DNA of 64,000 nucleotides, from positions 28,086,001 through 28,150,000 of the forward strand of contig OZ024744.1 of the NCBI GenBank assembly GCA_964016885.1. Direction: 5' to 3'. The number at the start of each line of letters is the position of its first letter. Within the stretch, counting starts at the first letter, position 1. The position numbers and the translations under genes are program-made. A model generated the notes under the pieces. The model did not search any database, had not been told where the DNA came from, and was given only the letters and a program-made list of their open reading frames with translations. The stretch is from Eledone cirrhosa (lineage: Eukaryota). Of the stretch, positions 59,501 through 64,000 are shown in pieces.

Positions 59501-62500
59501 CAGCAGTGAAAATAACAGTGATAACAGCCAGAACAACAACAACAACGATCACGATGACAGTGATAACAGCGAGAACAACAACAACAACAGTGAGAATAAC
59601 AGTTATAACAGCGACAACAACAACAGTCAAAAGAACAGTTATGACAGCGACAACAACAACAACAATTACAATAACAGTGATTACAGCAACAACAACAACA
59701 ACAACAACAACAGTGACAATAACATTTATAACAGTGACAACAACAACAGTGACAATAACAGTGATAACAGCGACAACAACAACAACAGTGACGATAACAG
59801 TGAAAACAGCGACAACAACAACAACAATGACAATAACAGTGATAACAGGGACAACAATGACTGTAACAGTTATAACAGCGACAACAAAAACAACAACAAT
59901 GACAATAACAGTGATAACAGCGACAACAACAACAACAACAACAGTGACAATAACAGCGACAACTACAACAACAGTGACAATAACGGTTATAACAGGGACA
60001 ACAACAACAACAGTGACAATAACAGTTATAACAGCGACAACAACAACAGTGACAATAACAGTTATAACAGCGACAACAACAACAACAGTGACAATAACAG
60101 TGATAACAGCGACAACAAAAACAAAAGTGACAATAACAGTGATAACAGCGACAATAACAACAACAATGACAATAACAGTGATAACAGCGAGAACAACAAC
60201 AACAGTGACATTAACAGTTATAACAGCGACAACAACAACAGTGACCATAACAGTGATAACAGCGAGAACAACAACATCAACAATGACAATAACAGTGATA
60301 ACAGCGACAACAACAACAACAATGACAGTTGTAACAGCGACAACAACAACAACAACAGTGACAATAACAGTTATAACAGCGACAACAACAGTGACAATAT
60401 CAGTGATAACAGGGACAACAACAACAATAATGACAATAACAGCGATAACAGCGTCAACAACAACAACAGTGACAATAACAGTGATAACAGCGATAGCAAC
60501 AACAACAACAACAACAACAGTGACCATAACAGTTAAAACAGCGACAACAACAACAAAAACAATGACAATAACAGTGATAACAGCGACAACAGCGACAACA
60601 ACAACAACAAAAGTGACAATAACAGCGATAACAGCGACAACCGAAACAACAACAGTGACAATAACAGTGATAACAGCGACAACAGCAGTGAAAATAACAG
60701 TGATAACAGCCAGAACAACAACAACGATCACGACGACAGTGATAACAGCGACAACAACAACAACAACAACAGTGACAATTACAGTGATAACAGCGAGAAC
60801 AACAACAACAACAGTGACAATAACAGTGACAACAGCGAGAGCAACAACAACAAAAACAGTGACAATAACAGTTATAACAGCGACAATAACAACAACAATG
60901 ACAATAACAGTGATAACAGCGACAACAACAACGACAACAACAATGACAATAACAGTGATAAAAGCGACAACAACAACAACAGTGACAATAACAGTGATAA
61001 CAGCGACAACAACAACAACATTGACAATAACAGTGATAACAGCGACAACAACAACAACAACAGTGACAATAACAGTGATAACAGCGACAATAACAACAAC
61101 AATGACAATACCAGTGATAACAGCGACACGAACAACAACAACAATGACAATAACAGTGATAACAGCGACAACCGCAACAACAACAGTGACAATAACAGTG
61201 ATAACAGCGACAACAGCAGTGACAATAACAGTGATAACAGCCAGAACAACAACAACAACGATCACGATGACAGTGATAACAGCGACAACAACAACAACAA
61301 CAACAGTGACAATAACAGTGATAACAGCGACAAAAACAACAACAACAGTGACAAAAAGCATGATAACAATGACAACAACAACAACAACAACAGTGACAAT
61401 AACAATTATAACAGCAGCAACAACAACAACAGTGACAATAACAGTTATAACAGCGACAACAACAACAACAGTGACAATAACAGTGATAACAGCGAGAACA
61501 ACAACAACCACAGTGACAATAACAATTATAACAGCGACAACAACAATGACAATAACAGTGATAACAGCGACAACAACAACAACAATGACAATAACAGTTA
61601 TAACAGCGACAACAACACCAATAACAACAACAGTTATAACAGCGACAACAACAACAACAGTGACAATAACAGTGATAACAGAGACAACAACAACAACAAA
61701 ACAACAACAGTGACAATAACAGTGACAACAACAACAACAGTGACAACAACAGTTATAACAGCGACAACAACAAAAACAACAATGACAATAACAGTTATAA
61801 CAGCGACAACAACAACAAGGACAATAATAGTTATAACAGCGAGAACAACAACAATAGTAACTAATAACAGTTATATCACCGACAGCAACAACAACAACAA
61901 TGACAATAACAGTTATAACAGCGACAACAGCAGTGACAATAACAGTGATAACACCCAGAACAACAACAACAACGATCACGATGAGAGTGATAACAGCGAC
62001 AACAACAACAACAACAGTGAGAATAACAGTTATAACAGCGACAACAACAACAGTCAAAAGAACAGTTATGACAGCGACAACAACAACAACAACAGTGACA
62101 ATAACATTTATAAAAGTGACAACAACAACAGTGACAATAACAGTGATAACAGCGACAACAACAACAACAACAGTCACGATAACAGTGAAAACAGCGACAA
62201 CAACAACAGTGACAATAACAGTGATAACAGCGACAACAACAACAACAACAGTGACAATAACAGTGATAACAGCGACAACAACAACAGTGACAATAACAGT
62301 TATAACAGGGACAACAACAGTGACAATAACAGTTATAACAGCGACAACAACAACAACAGTGACAATAACAGTGATAACAGCGACAACAAAAACAACAGTG
62401 ACAACAACAACAACAGTGACAATAACAGTGATAACAGCGACAACAACAACAGTGACAATAACAGTGATAACAGCGACAATAACAACAACAATGGCAATAA

Positions 62501-64000
62501 CAGTGATAACAGCGAGAACAACAACAACAACAGTGACATTAACAGTTATAACAGCGACAACAACAACAACAACATTGACCATAACAGTGATAACAGCGAG
62601 AACAACAACAACAACAATGACAATAACAGTGATAACAGCGACAACAACAACAACAACAATGACAGTTGTAACAGCGACAACAACAACAGTGACAATAACA
62701 GTGATAACAGTGACAACAACAACAACAACAATGACAATAACAGCGATAACAGCGACAACAACAACAACAGTGACAATAACAGTGATAACAGCGATAACAA
62801 CAACAACAACAGTGACCATAACAGTTATAACAGCGACAACAACAACAACAACAGCGACAACAACAACAACAATGACAATAACAGTGATAACAGCGACAAC
62901 AACAACAACAGTGACAATAACAGCGATAACAGCGACAACAACAACAACAATGACAATAACAGTGATAACAGCGACAACCGCAACAACAACAGTGACAATA
63001 ACAGTGATAACAGCGACAACAGCAGTGAAAATAACAGTGATAACAGCCAGAACAACAACAACGATCACGATGACAGTGATAACAGCGACAACAACAACAA
63101 CAGTGACAATAACAGTGATAACAGCGACAACAACAACAACAGTGACAATTACAGTGATAACAGCGAGAACAACAACAACAACAGTGACAATAACAGTGAT
63201 AACAGCGAGAACAACAACAACAACAGTGACAATAACAGTTATAACAGCGACAATAACAACAACAATGACAATAACAGTGATAACAGCGACAACAACAACA
63301 ACATCAATGACAATAACAGTGACAAAAGCGACAACAACAACAACAGTGACAATAACAGTGATAACAGCGACAACAACAACAACATTGACAATAACAGTGA
63401 TAACAGCGACATCAACAACAACATTGACAATAACAGTGATAACAGCGACAATAACAACAACAATGACAATACCAGTGATAACAGCGACAGGAACAACAAC
63501 AATAATGACAATAACAGTGATAACAGCGAGAACAACAACAACAACAGTGACATTAACAGTTATAACAGCGACAACAGCAACAACAGTGACCATAACAGTG
63601 ATAACAGCGAGAACAACAACCACAACAATGACAATAACAGTTATAACAGCGACAACAACAACAACAACAATGACAGTTGTAACAGCGACAACAACAACAA
63701 CAGTGACAATAACAGTTATAACAGCGACATCAACAGTGACAATAACAGTTATAACAGCGACAACAACAACAGTGACAATAACAGTGATAACAGCGACAAC
63801 AACAACAACAATGACAATAACAGCGATAACAGCGACAACAACAACAACAACAACAGTGATAACAGCGATAACAACAACAACAACAACAGTGACCATAACA
63901 GTTATAACAGCGACAACAACAACAACAGCGACAACAACAACAAAAACAATTACAATAACAGTGATAACAGTGACAACAACAACAACAACAGTGACAATTA

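Larger units (their letters stand above)
1..64000. repeat. Satellite array; monomer GTGACAATAACAGT(G/T)ATAACAGCG(ACA)n, mostly 30-45 bp, single orientation, extending beyond both window ends
   Basis: The core motif and (ACA)n tracts are present in essentially every line. I saw no inversion and no unique insertion. A 39-bp consensus monomer (n=5) is A20 C9 G6 T4, so the array is strongly strand-skewed. Confidence 0.98.

Noticed and set aside
58386-63896. 1,836-aa minus strand Val-rich ORF and the other V-, L/S- and C-rich minus ORFs as membrane or metallothionein-like proteins
   Set aside because: These are translations of (GTT)n, (TTG)n and (TGT)n. The minus strand is A-poor and so almost cannot form stop codons.
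1-64000. CRISPR array (24-bp constant core plus variable spacer)
   Set aside because: The spacers are only (ACA)n, not unique sequence. The core is polymorphic, and there is no leader or cas gene.
1-64000. Reverse-transcriptase or rolling-circle concatemer (DRT2 neo-like endless ORF, telomerase product)
   Set aside because: No RT gene or template RNA locus is present. Variants are inherited in nested multi-kb blocks, which indicates DNA-level duplication rather than repeated copying of one short template.
1-64000. Pure sequencing or basecalling artefact, or simulated low-complexity sequence
   Set aside because: Rare variants and tract lengths recur in a consistent order across diverged copies, which random error would not produce. 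Only the copy number of the near-identical duplications remains suspect.

Overview
The whole 64 kb window is one uninterrupted, single-orientation, low-complexity tandem array (satellite DNA). I see no unique sequence, recognisable gene, RNA gene, mobile element or CRISPR array. The monomer is a 24-bp core, GTG ACA ATA ACA GT(G/T) ATA ACA GCG, followed by a variable (ACA)n tract (n about 2-12), so most monomers are 30-45 bp. It looks like an (ACA)n microsatellite patterned by transitions. Rare variants reveal nested higher-order repeats (HORs): a ~1.0-1.1 kb module, 2-5 kb units, an apparently exact 2,023-bp tandem duplication (49.9-53.9 kb) and a near-identical 15.5-kb tandem duplication (0.96-31.95 kb). 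The many long T/I/V-, N/S/D-, V-, L/S- and C-rich ORFs are most simply by-products of triplet periodicity. Frame-breaking 1-nt indels are copied along with the HORs, and the measured HOR lengths are not multiples of 3. A eukaryotic heterochromatic or subtelomeric origin is likely but is inference; the organism cannot be identified from this sequence. All alignments were done by eye and from ORF-track offsets, so boundaries are approximate.
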